Positions 1 to 11,400 of a stretch of 64,000 bases of DNA are shown piece after piece. Under the pieces are notes generated by a model that was given only the letters and a program-made list of their open reading frames with translations, was not told where the DNA came from and made no database searches. This stretch comes from Oikopleura dioica (Eukaryota; Animalia; Chordata), in assembly GCA_907165135.1 (NCBI GenBank), contig OU015567.1:9238001-9302000 (forward strand), read 5' to 3'. Position numbers and translations under genes: made by a program. Within the stretch, counting starts at the first letter, position 1. Each line of letters starts with the position of its first letter.

Positions 1-748
1 ATTTCTCCACGTTTGAGTTTTGCCCTGATCACAAACGGATTTTCACCGTAGATTTGAGTAAATGGAGCTGGGATTGTCAGCATTTCAGAAACATATCGAG
101 CTTGTCCGATTAACTCGATTCTAACAACTGGACAGGTTACATTTCTAAGAGAGTCGGGTAAAGTGAAAATATTCATATTCTCGACCCATGTCGGTGCACC
201 ACAGTCGATAAGCTCCACTAAAGTTTCGATATAATTTGAAATGGTACTATCTTTATTTATTAACCTTTTGATGAGTCTTCTTCTCGTTTTAGGACTAGCG
301 CTCTGTAGTACAAAAATGCACCACCGGTAATTTTATTTGTCCTGACCAAGACGAGCTTCCTTTCGGTGTCTATTTCAAGCTCTTCGTCGATAATTTTGTC
401 TTGGATGCTTTCGTGAAATTGCGCTTGCGAGATGAACTGACTCCTCTCACCAGTAAGATGTCGAAGGACGAAAACAGACATCATCTGACGTGATTGAACG
501 TGCGTTATTTGGATGATTGTCGACCCTTGAAGAATCCTTGTTTCCAGCGTCGGCACAGCTTTTCTTATGTCGCTTGATTTCTTGTGGAATTCTAGAGCTG
601 ACATTAGATCTGTCGAGTCCAGACTGTGACTGAGGGACTCAAAGATGAGCCAAGGTGAGTCCTTCGTGATCTCTTTTTTTAGATTTATGAATTTAGCTGG
701 TATGGTCTCTCGAATTCTCATAGTGAAATTTTTGTGCGTTGAGCACAT
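1..748 (-). CDS. Hypothetical protein, spliced, runs off the left edge; start not resolved
   Basis: ORF 260-748 plus a further stop-free minus frame from about 240 to 1 (SNYIETLVELIDCGAPTWVENMNIF...). No recognisable motif. Confidence 0.35.
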
Positions 749-1640
749 TTTTCCGAATTTTTATGCATGAAAGAATAGCGACATCACGCGGATCTGATGG
801 ATACAAATTTTCGTGAAATATATTGGGCTTGATGCACAAGAGTTGAAAAATTTTCCATCCAAATCGACAATCATCAATTCTTCTCATGAGCGAGCCTCAT
901 GTTCCAAGACTGATCAACATGAAATTAGAGAGTAGAGACCTTTGATCATCCACGGTCAAGATTTCGAAGCCGTGGATTTCATGGCTTTGCTTGTTAATCT
1001 TCGCCCCGAGCGAAAATTTTCAAGTAATCGGTCTTAACATTTTGACAAGAAACCGCTTCTTGAGACTTGGACTCATTGGAAAGGCTTATTTACTGTTGAT
1101 TTAAAACACAGCATCAAAATAAATCGAATGAATATCATAACGTACCCCCCCCCTAGCTCGCTCACATTTTGTGAACATTTTTCCCTTTTTCGCTTAGTTA
1201 AACTCCAACAAGACCCCCCCTTGGTCGCTCGCTTTTTGTTACCAAGATCCGTTGGTCGCTTTCCTTCTTTTGCATTCTACGACCCCTTGTTCGCCCTCCT
1301 TGGTTTCGACGGCGCACCTTTGCTCGCCCGCCTTTCTCCGTCATTTATCCCTTGTTCGCTCCTGAAGCCCCGCGAGAACGCTTTATAACGCGTAGCTCAT
1401 TTTCTTTTTCACTTTTAAAAGGCTTTTTAACTCGTAGAATGGTCTCAAAATTCGATTTTCATGATTTTTTCCAAGCAAACTTATTTTTTTATGCTCTTTC
1501 ACGTCCATTTTGACAAATTTTCATATCTTCTTAATAAGAAGAAATTTGGACACTCCATTTTAAGTAAACATAAGTACTCGAAATACATGGATTGAAACTT
1601 TGAGACTGTTTTTATAAAAAATCAAATGCCATTTTCCTCG

Positions 1641-2114
1641 AGAGTTGCAAATTTTGATTAATTTTTCCGAGCTGAGCTGAGCTGAGCTGACCTGCGAAAA
1701 ATTTTTCTGAGCTGAGCTGAGCTGAGCTGGCCTACTTCGGAGGTTTCTGAGCTGAGCTGAGCTGAGCTGGCCTTTTCAGAGGTCATTGAGCTGAGCTGAG
1801 CTGAGCAGACCTTTTGTTTAAGAGAGTTGAGCTGAGCTGAGCTGAGCGGACCCTAATTAGAGCTGAGCTGAGCTGCTTTTTACTGTTTTTGGTAGTAAAA
1901 TTGTATTCAAATCATTGAGCTGAGCTGAGCTTAGCTAAGTGATAATCGTCTGAGCTGAGCTGAGCAGAACAGATCATGTTCGAAAATAATGGAGCTGAGC
2001 TGAGCTGAGCTGAGTGAAAATTGTCTGAGCTGAGCTGAGCAGATCAGATCATTTTCCAAAATCACTGAGCTGAGCGACTACTCAGCTCACTCAGCTCAGC
2101 AAATTTGCAACTCT
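1641..2114. repeat. (GAGCT)n pentamer arrays bounded by 14-bp inverted repeats; MITE-like
   Basis: AGAGTTGCAAATTT at 1641-1654 and AAATTTGCAACTCT at 2101-2114. Interior has many short CTGAG runs that flip to CTCAG near the right end. No TSD found. Confidence 0.7.
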
Positions 2115-2226
2115 GGAACCAGTGTCAACATGAAGATTCGACTATTTTGAGTATAAATGTACATATAAAGTCAAACTATCAAGTTTACGGCATAATACAG
2201 CGTTGCTACAAGATATAAAAATTTAA

Positions 2227-2963
2227 GGGACCTGGGCGAGCAGCGCTGAGCCAAACTTCACAGGCTCGCCGTTCTTGTTAAAAATAAGATTTTTGAAATT
2301 TCTTTTTGTAAACTATATCTCCAAGTCTTCAGCTTTCTCTTTCGATTCTTAGTTTTCTCTATCATTCTTGGTTGACGAGCTAGCGAGAAAAGAGAAGCCC
2401 AACTTCAAAAGGCATCAAGTCTTGCAAACTTTATTTTTCCTCATGAAACTAGCACCATTGAAAAGCGCGTTAAATTCTGAACAGATCCCACCCAATCAGC
2501 TTAACTAAATCGGTACTCATTGGCGTGTAAGGCCAGATAAACAAGATAACTTAGCGCCCGCCCAGCGGGAGTCATGTCCTGGAAGCCCAAAATAGCTAAA
2601 TCGGAGCGTCCAGCCGTGCCGCGACCATCTGCGCGCGCTAAGTAGTTTTCTTTATCTGGCCTTACACGCCAATGAGTACCGATTTAGTTTAGCTGATTAG
2701 GTGGGATCTGTTCAGAATTTAACGCGCTTTTCAATGGTGCTAGTTTCATGAGGAAAAAAAAGTTTGCAAGACTTGATGCCTTTTGAAGTTGGGCTTCTCT
2801 TTCTCGCTAGCTCGTCAACCAAGAATGATAGAGAAAAACTAAGAATCGGAAGAGAAAGCTGAAGACTTAGAGATATAGTTTACAAAAAGAAATTTCAAAA
2901 ATCTTATTTTTAACAAGAACGGCGAGTCCGTGAAGTTTGGCTCAGCGCTGCTCGCCAGGTCCC
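2227..2963. mobile_element. Palindromic (foldback) non-autonomous element, TTAA TSD, GG..CC termini (Kolobok-like)
   Basis: TTAA at 2223-2226 and 2964-2967. Arms of about 335 bp are near-perfect inverted copies around a roughly 70-bp spacer. Ends GGGACCTGG / CCAGGTCCC. Confidence 0.85.
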
Positions 2964-3478
2964 TTAACTGGACGCTTTAAAAGAGGAAATGAAGTTTAGT
3001 TACTCTCAAAATATTCATGAAAATGAAAATATAGTTCCCTATGAAAAGCTTGAGTCGAAAGTACAGTAAGAGCTGTAAGAGCGACCCAAGCCGAGCTAGG
3101 CTTTGGCGGTCTCGCGGCGAACAAGGGATAAATGGGTGAGGAGGAGCGAACAAGGGCGCGCGATGTAAAAGAAGGATGGCGACTAATGGAGCGCGCTGAA
3201 ACAAGAATGAGAGCGAGCAAGGGGACTTTGATAAAATTTAACTAAGCGAGCAAGGGAAAAATGCTCACAAAATGTGAGCGAGCTAGGGGGTACGTTATTT
3301 CATTGCTGAATTTCTAAGAACTGTTACGAAGAAATTTAATTGCGATGCAAGTTATGCAAGTGGCCCCTTTTAATGCTAGAAAATTGCCGCGGGCAACAGT
3401 ACCCTTCTGTGGAATAACACTTCCCGGGCTGGCATCTAGAATCCAACCAGCGATGCCAAGTATCTGACCGAAGTAGAA

Positions 3479-5180
3479 ATGCAGACTTGGTTCCACGAAG
3501 TGAGCAGAATTGCTCCCGTAGTGATTCTGATCATTTATGTCGTGCAATTTTTAGAGACCCGAAAGCTCGAGGAAATAAGAGAAGAGAACTTTGGCGAAAA
3601 CCAGAGAGAATTTGAACACAATCTCCTCGGCCAAGCGTATCAGAATCAAGCTATAGAACTTCCTCAAAGTCAAAGACAAGAACAACTCCAACCTGTTGTG
3701 CCTCCTGTAGCGGCAGAAAAACCATGGTGGGATGTTAATACTAAGAAGATAAAAGAAGAGCCAGTTTACCAAGATCTCTTTGCGTTCGAGAAGTACAACC
3801 AGCGTCCGGTCGAAGAATCACAAGCAAAACAACCGGTGAATAATTTTCTCCCGAAGAAAGAGCCACCAGCATTCGTGAAAAACAACGATTTTTTGAATAA
3901 CATCCCTAAAGTTGAAAACAACGACTTTTCCTTCAACAAACAGGCTTCGCTGAATAATCTTATTTCGGATGCACCCAGCAAAGCACCAGGGTTTCCGCCT
4001 GCCCCTCAGATGCCTGTATTCCAGTCAGGTTCAGTCTCAACAAGCAGCTTTCGCTTTCCTGGTAAAACTTCACCTCCAAATAAACGAAAAATCTTCTTCA
4101 ACCGACTTCCCAAATCTGGAGCAACATCCCTTCGATATATTTTGGAACGCCTTGCCAATCAGAACAAATTCACTTTCGACTACCAAAAGCTTCAATGTTC
4201 GACTGCCCGCCGAAAAATCCCGATTGTCAAGATGGACCGAATGCGGAGAAGAAATTCGGTGTTTACATCCGTCGAACTCACTGGGATACGAAAAACGTAA
4301 ATTACATGATGATGAAGCAGCATCACTTCTTCAATTTTACCGAGTACAGAATCCCAATGCCTACATATCTGAATATGGTGCGCGATCCAGTCAACAGAAT
4401 GGCCTCGGCATATTATTTTCAGCGATATGGCTGGGGTTTCGGGTCAAACTCAAGGAAAGGCTAGAGATAGTGTTTATTTTTCGTACAAACAATGATATTT
4501 TCACGCAAAATAGCAAAGTAACATTATTTGAAAGCCTGAAAAAGTAATAAGTTTAAAGGCTCGCAAGAAGATTTCAATCGATCTTTTGATGATTGCGTTG
4601 CTCAGCAGCTTCCTGAATGCTCTGTCCCTCTCCAGGTAACTACAGTTATCACCATCATGAGTTCGTAGTTCAGGTTTTCTCGAAATACTTCTGCGGGACA
4701 TCAGAAGCATGCAATAAACATCAATACGGCTCGCCTGACGATGTGTTCAAGAAAATCGCTGTTTCGGCTGAAATCGCAAAGCGCAATATTTTGAATGAAT
4801 ATTTCTTCATCGGACTTTTGGAACATTTCGAGGACTCACTTTTTGTCTTTGAAAATATCTTGCCGGATTATTTTCGTGGAGCTATTGGAATGACCAAAAC
4901 AAAGGGATACGAGGAGAATAGGAATGGATATCAAAAAAATCTTGCATTAAGAGTTTCCTTCTAATAGAAGAGTTGTTTGAAATCTAAGAAAGAAAAAATC
5001 TGCGGGTAAGAAGCAGGCTACTTTTTCCAACGCAACCCGTTCCGCTCTTGAGAACGGAATATTGGTAAGGCATCGTCGAAAATATAGACGCTAACCATCA
5101 TTTTAGAGAGATGAGGTTGATATCTTCAAGCTGATACAAAAGCTCTTTTTGAGCGTCTTCAATTCTTCAAGAAGAAATAG
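3479..5180 (+). CDS. Golgi type II membrane sulfotransferase, uronyl/heparan sulfate 2-O-sulfotransferase family
   Basis: N-terminal TM and long stem; 5'PSB motif FFNRLPKSGATS; 3'PB motif MVRDPVNRMASAYYF; YFCG and AKRNILNEYFFIGLLEHFEDSL. Short introns and one apparent frameshift near 4185. Confidence 0.85.
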
Positions 5181-5436
5181 ATCTAGGTTCCTGTCATAAC
5201 TGTACATAAACAAAACTCATGCTAAGTAATAGACAAGTTTCGAAAGAGTAGTAAAAAGTTTTATTTAAATATTTTACGATGGTGCATGCAACAACGCTAG
5301 AATTCAGCAGTTTCTACATTTGGTTCGTAGAAATTCTTCTCGTTTTTAATCGATATGTTCGCAAGATCTAATGAGGAATGCCTCGAACTCACGTCGTCTT
5401 CATCAGCGTGGACTTTTTGAAGTTTCAATTTGCGAA

Positions 5437-8400
5437 TTAGAGAGATGTTAATTTTATTTTTGAAAATTTGCCTTGTGTGGCTCTAAATGTAGGGCGGCTA
5501 GATTTCGCCTGCATAACGTGGGTCGAGATCGAGGAGCGTCCCGAGTGGTAAATACTCTGTTTTGCGGTCGATGTGTATGTCATTTGCGTCACCCGACGAC
5601 CCTCGCCAAACTCTTTTTCCATCTCGTCATCTCCTAGAATGCTGTCAGCATCATTTCCAGCTTGGAATCCTAAGTGTCTTTTCAACCATTCATTTTCTGA
5701 ATCAGAACCTGAGCTAGAAACTTATAAAAGTATGATCAAGAACGGTTTCTTAGCGTCATAACGTGATTCTGTGCCAAATTAATACAGTTGATGACTATCG
5801 TTTCGTCTATCTTTTACATTGGTCAATCCCTTCTACAAGCCCCTCGTAACTTCCAATGTCCATATCTCGAACCTCAAGCATGTCGATTGAAGGGATCCTA
5901 GCTTCTGCTGAATCTCCCACTTCTAGCGTAGTTTGCCTGCTCTCTATATCTGGACGAAGGAAGAAAACGAGTAAAGTATCTTTGACGTCTGTATTTCGAG
6001 CTGGAGTAAAATAGAGGTTAATTCACGAACTGCGAGAATTACCGAATGAAGAGAAATACACGGCGGCGACCGAGCAAAGCTCGATCTAGATAAGCAAGTG
6101 ACCTTAGGGGACGAGGGAGTCTAACGAATCTAAGATCCCAATACCCCCCATGAGACTGAAACGTCCTCTAAGGCCAAAGTGTGTGATTTTTGCAGGAGTA
6201 TAAGCGTAAGATGAGTAACATGGCAGGTTCGAAACGTCGAGGCAGTCTGATTCGCGTTAAAAAACCCTTTTTGGGAAAAAGCTTGAATCAGATGCGAAGT
6301 TTTCGTGATGTCCGAGCGGTGATGACATGAAGGAGTAGCTGCACATGTAGAAGAACTCAAAATACGTCGGCGACGGTAAACTGTGATATTTTCCGTACCT
6401 TTTCAGGCCCCGGTCGATGAATAGGGGACCTGAGTGGGGCAGTACTTGCGCTTAGTCGTATGACTGACCCGAGTTTGTGCCGATGTTAAGAGGTTCGACG
6501 GGCCTCGTTTCACGGTGTGCTCGTTTTGTATGTTTCGGGAGATGAGCTGCTCCAACTTCGGTTAAAGTCGCATTCGGATCGGCGCCGGCTGAGTACTGAC
6601 GATCTGGTGAAGACTTTGGACGGGTTCTTTTCTTGCTGTTTTCAGTTGCTGAGTCCTCAACTACTGTTGAGTTATGTTTATCGACTGACATATGGCTATT
6701 ATCGGGCGCAGCAACCTCCGAAATCACTGTAGCATCAGCTGACGTGTCCTCGGCAGTTTCATAGAGAGTACCACCAGAGTACCAGCGATCTGACGGCTCG
6801 GCTGGAGCTACCGACGAGTCCAAAATAGATGTAGCGGTTGTATCTCCCAGATTTTCCATGTCCAATCGGCGTCTACTTTCCAAAATAGGTGATAGAGATG
6901 ATCTTGGCGGTTTTTCCATAGCAACCATCGGAGTCGACGCGACCTGAGAAGATTTCCTCCCCCCATGCGACTTCGACCCGGACTTTTCCATCGGTTTGGA
7001 AGTAGGAACAGGCGATTTTTGTGGGACTTTCGACTTAACGATTTCGGTTAAATGTGGGAATACGTACTCGGCCTCGTAGTAATCAATCCAGCGTAAGTCG
7101 TGATTTCGTTCTGCGGCGTGAACCACGTGTTCTCGATGGATGAAATCACGTTGTCCTTTCTTATCTTCGACCATGACGACCCAGTCGTTGCTCGAAACGG
7201 CTTTCAGGGGACCTACCCAGCGTTCCTTCTTGCTTTTAGCGTCGGTCAGGTTTTCTCGCTTAATGTACACGACAGCGCCAGCGGGGATTGGTCTCGGCTT
7301 AGGCTCGTTTTTCAGCCTGTGCTCCAGTCGCTCGCAGCACCAGACAATGCTAAACATTTCCTTTTCTGAAGTGTTCCATTTTCTTTCAGCTTTGTTGAAG
7401 GTGTGGGAAATCGCGCTTACTAGGTGCACTCTCCCGCCATACTCTTGTAGCAGGACGCCACCCGCTGCGTACAGGCTCGCGTCTGTGTAGAGATGAAAAG
7501 ACTCGTCAAAGTTAGGAAAACTTATGACTGGAGTCTCGGAGAGTCGTCGTTGAATTTCCTTGAGCGCCAAATCCGCTTCTTTGGTCCACTTGAAACAATT
7601 TGTTTCGTTCGCCGAATTTCGAACATCGTTTATGGGCTTCATTCTGCTCGAGAAGCAACCGGATGAAATAGCTTCGCCCATTTTCGTTTCTAGAAAACCT
7701 CGGATCCAATTCAATGACCCGATTAATGAAGCTAACTCCTTTTGGGAGCGTGGGGGTTTCATCTGACGAAGAGCGGAGACTTGCGCAGGGTCCGGTTTGA
7801 TTCCATCTTCGTTGATGATTCGGCCCAAAAAGTGAGCTTCGGATTGTAGGAAAGAGCACTTTTCGCCCTTGAGTTTAGCGTTAAACTTGCGGAGCGCGAT
7901 GAATAGGTTTCGGAGAGTGTTATAATAGCAGCTGAAAGTCTTCCCAAAACACACTATGTCATCGATATAAGAAAGCATCTTTTTCCTGGTGGGGCTTGAG
8001 TCGAGAATTGTGTTTACGACGCGCGAGAATATATTCCCCGAGCATCGATAACCGAATGGTAGTCTGCAGAAGGCGTAAGATTTCCCACCCCACTGGAAGG
8101 AAGTCTTGTACCTGTCGCTTTTCTTTACAGGGCACTGCCAATATCCACTTCGTAGATCAACTGTGGCGAAAAACTTATTGCCCGGTCCAATGTTCGCGAT
8201 CGTATCCTCCATGCTTGGGAGATGGTAAGGGTCGGATTTGTCGGAGAGGCATTTGTTCAGGCTGTTTTTGTAGTTGATGCAGAAGCGCATTTCCCCAGAT
8301 TTCTTAGGAATAGGCAATACCGGGCTGTTAAACCCTTTCTGGTCTTTGATCTCTTCTATTATTTTCGTTTCGAGCAGTTCGGAGATGTGATCGCTGACCT

Positions 8401-11400
8401 GACCATGAAAAGCTTGCGGAATCGGGTGTTGACTGATGTTTCGACTCGTACCATCAGTCGGGATTTCGATCTCGAACGGGAATTCACCCATTTTTTGACC
8501 GTCGCAGCCGAATCTGTCGTCGAATTCCAAACACAGCTCGGCGACCATCTTCTTTTGCCCCGGGTCTGCGTCTGCTGGTAGGGTTATTCCGAGTTTTTGC
8601 TTCGCTAGCTGAATGGGGCACCTGGCTGCGTTCTTGTTCGGCGCGTCCAGCTTTGGGACTTCTCGTGGTGGTTGAGTGCGGGACCGATCGCTGTCTTTGA
8701 CCGCTGATCTAGTCGTCAAGTATTTCTTGATTTTGGTCCGCTTCACTCCGTCCAGCTTCACCACTTGAGTCTCAGTTTGTGTGAAGGCTTCGTTGTAGCA
8801 AAATGAGAGAGTACGATTCTTATTGTCGACTGTGAAGCTGTCCGTCATCGCATTCTCTAGTATATCGCGGCCCAGTAGACTTGGGTATTTACTGCCTGGC
8901 ATGATGGTGAGATTCAAGGAGAATGCAGGGCCACCATTGAATGATAAGCGGCAGGGAAGGATACCCCTCGGCTGCTCGGCGGGGATATTTGGGCTGAAAC
9001 CGGTGACCTTGAAGGGGCAGGGCTTCAGCATCTGGAGAAATTTGTCGGGAACGTAAGCAGCGGACAGACAGGAGGACTCGGCTCCGCTGTCGACTTCCAT
9101 CGATACGTCAAAACTTTTAGAGCCCGTAATGATGGTAGCCGAAGCGAAATAAGCCTTTCCTGGTCGCTTCTTCTTCACTGTGTAAAAGTGAACATCGAAT
9201 GGTTGGAAATCTTCGACGTTCTTAGTCGTATTAATCTTCTTGGATTCTGGTTGTTTATCGTCTTTCCCATCCTTAGAATCGGTGCTGGCGCGCTTAGCAT
9301 TCTTCTTCTTTTTGTTCTTATTTCTGTTGAAGTGCTGGGAGACGGTCGCGCTGTCAACTCGATTCTGTCTTGTGGATTGGGCGAGACGGCAGAGTTCGTT
9401 GATATCGTAAACTTTTGATAGGCTTGGAAGGATTGCGTTGAAAACGTCTGGTTCTTCTTTCCTAAGATTCAAGTACAGCATCATCGTCGAGAATATGTCG
9501 AATATTTCATCGACCCCGGCGTCGGCTGACTTCTCTTGTCGGTAAGAGTTCAAAGTCGCTTGCTTCGCCTCGTTCATCTTTTGCAAGACGTTGGCGGTGT
9601 AGTGTGCAAACGGCTTCGAATGGTCGTATTCGACGTCGAAAACTTCGCTTAGCTTCAGTAAGTAGTGACTCTTCGCGGCGAATGATTTCTCTAGCAGCGC
9701 CTTGGCCGATTTCCAGTCTTGACAATTCAGAAATTCGGTTCCAAGTGAGCGTTCGATGTTCAAGTCGAAGTGGCTGTACACTGCTGCGATGAAAGGCTGT
9801 TCACGTGAAGGTCTGTCGCGGACGTAGGCGCGGTGATAAATGTCGGCTCTGCCCAAGAAGGTGTTGAAAGATGTGTTGCATGCGGCGTCCAGCTTCGGCA
9901 AGTCTTGGACGTGACGAGACCAGGTAGTGGCCACCCATGCTTCTTCTCTCATTGTAGCATTCGTAGATTCTTTTCCTTGATCGAGCTCGCAGGTAAGAAG
10001 CGTTGTACTGAGCTGTTCTAATTTTACTCTGCTTTCTGTGATCAAGGGCTCTAGGCTTGGCTTAAGTGATTCGTCATTTCGCACTTGTTCTTCGAGGTAG
10101 TTTACTCGATCGTTTATGCTTCTTATTTCGGTGACGGTTTCTAGCAGTGATTTGTTCGCCGCCATAGCTCGAAATATATCGGCAGTAAGGGTTTATGGGC
10201 CTTGGATTACCTTTCAGGCCCTCAGAAAATACTGCGACTAAAAGTCGCAATATGATGAGCTGAGGTGCCTTTTGCGCAAACGCCCGACGATTTCTCTGTC
10301 CAGCGATTGTCGAAATTTCAAGGTCTGGTCCAAGGGTCGATTCTTCGTAAACTTCTCTCGATTTTTGGTGAAAAGTGGCGAAAGAATTCTGTTTTTCTGA
10401 GTATTTTAGGTTTTCCCCGGCGTGCGTGCGTGGTTGCGTGGGCGCGACTTTCGGCGCGTGGGTCGTGGTGGCGCTCGTGTGGTGGCGCTCGCTCGGGGTG
10501 GTGTTGGTGTGGTGCGGCGCGGAAAATTCTCTGAGTGGAGTTTCTCCGGCGGCGCGGTGGCGGTTGGTGATTCGGTTCCCCTCGACTCCGCTGACGGCCA
10601 ATCAGCGTCCAAGTTGCGAAACTTCGGTTGTCGATGGCGGAAAATTTACCTTTTCTCCAACGGGACTACTCTGATACCACTGAAGGGATCCTAGCTTCTG
10701 CTGAATCTCCCACTTCTAGCGTAGTTTGCCTGCTCTCTATATCTGGACGAAGGAAGAAAACGAGTAAAGTATCTTTGACGTCTGTATTTCGAGCTGGAGT
10801 AAAATAGAGGTTAATTCACGAACTGCGAGAATTACCGAATGAAGAGAAATACACGGCGGCGACCGAGCAAAGCTCGATCTAGATAAGCAAGTGACCTTAG
10901 GGGACGAGGGAGTCTAACGAATCTAAGATCCCAATACGATCGTAATCATTCTTGCCCCGGAGCAAGCCATTTTCACCAGCTTACTTATGATAACCTAGAT
11001 AAATCAATTACAATTTCATTCGATACTAATTTACATTTTGACCAGGATAGAGGACATTGCCATTGAGTTTTAAGTAGGCTTCTTCTCCATAAATCCTCTC
11101 TTTTGTAGGATCGGAGTATTTGCAAGCGAGAATGAGAATATGAATAATGATTCCTAAAAGGATTCCATAGTAGGACTCGTAAAGCGCAAATAAAAATGAA
11201 ATCGCCAGCGGCAATAAATCAATCTTCGAAGTCTTCCAGCACATTTCAACGGCGTGTGTGTTAAACATGGAAGCAGCGGAGACCATTATAACCGCCCCAA
11301 GTAAAGCTGCAGGAACATAAAGGAAAAGGTCAGCGAGAAGGTAAGTCGCAGTGAGAACAATGCCGCCAACGAAAACGCCCGATAAAGAACTCGCAGCGTT

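Larger units (their letters stand above)
1140..3295. mobile_element. Non-autonomous TIR DNA transposon with TA target duplication (Tc1/mariner-type TSD), containing two nested elements
   Basis: Left end ACGTACCCCCCCCTAGCTCGCTCACATTTTGTGAACATTTTTCCC is the near-perfect inverse of the right end (...GGGAAAAATGCTCACAAAATGTGAGCGAGCTAGGGGGTACGT). TA at 1138-1139 and 3296-3297. Degenerate CCTTGYTCGC subterminal repeats on both sides. No transposase ORF. Confidence 0.8.
5888..10936 (-). mobile_element. Ty3/Gypsy (Tor-like) LTR retrotransposon with integrase core deleted
   Basis: Identical 256-bp LTRs (5888-6143 and 10681-10936); 4-bp TSD CGAT (5884-5887, 10937-10940); PBS TGGTATCAGAG on minus at 10669-10679; G6 polypurine tract at 6144-6149; single gag-pol ORF. 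Confidence 0.95.

Noticed and set aside
4170-4200. Programmed frameshift or pseudogenisation of the sulfotransferase
   Set aside because: One extra base in a short C or A run restores YPKASMFDCPPK. A homopolymer assembly error is the simplest reading; raw reads would decide.
5800-5820. Premature stop in the SLC26 STAS exon (CKR-stop)
   Set aside because: One extra A in the A run gives CKKIDETIVINC. It could be an error or decay, and I cannot tell which without reads.
6144-6451. env-like third ORF in the LTR element
   Set aside because: Only about 300 bp lie between the pol stop and the 3' LTR, with no signal peptide or TM ORF.
10074-10694. Several ORFs in the LTR element leader
   Set aside because: Low-complexity overlapping frames in a GC-rich untranslated leader; no motif.
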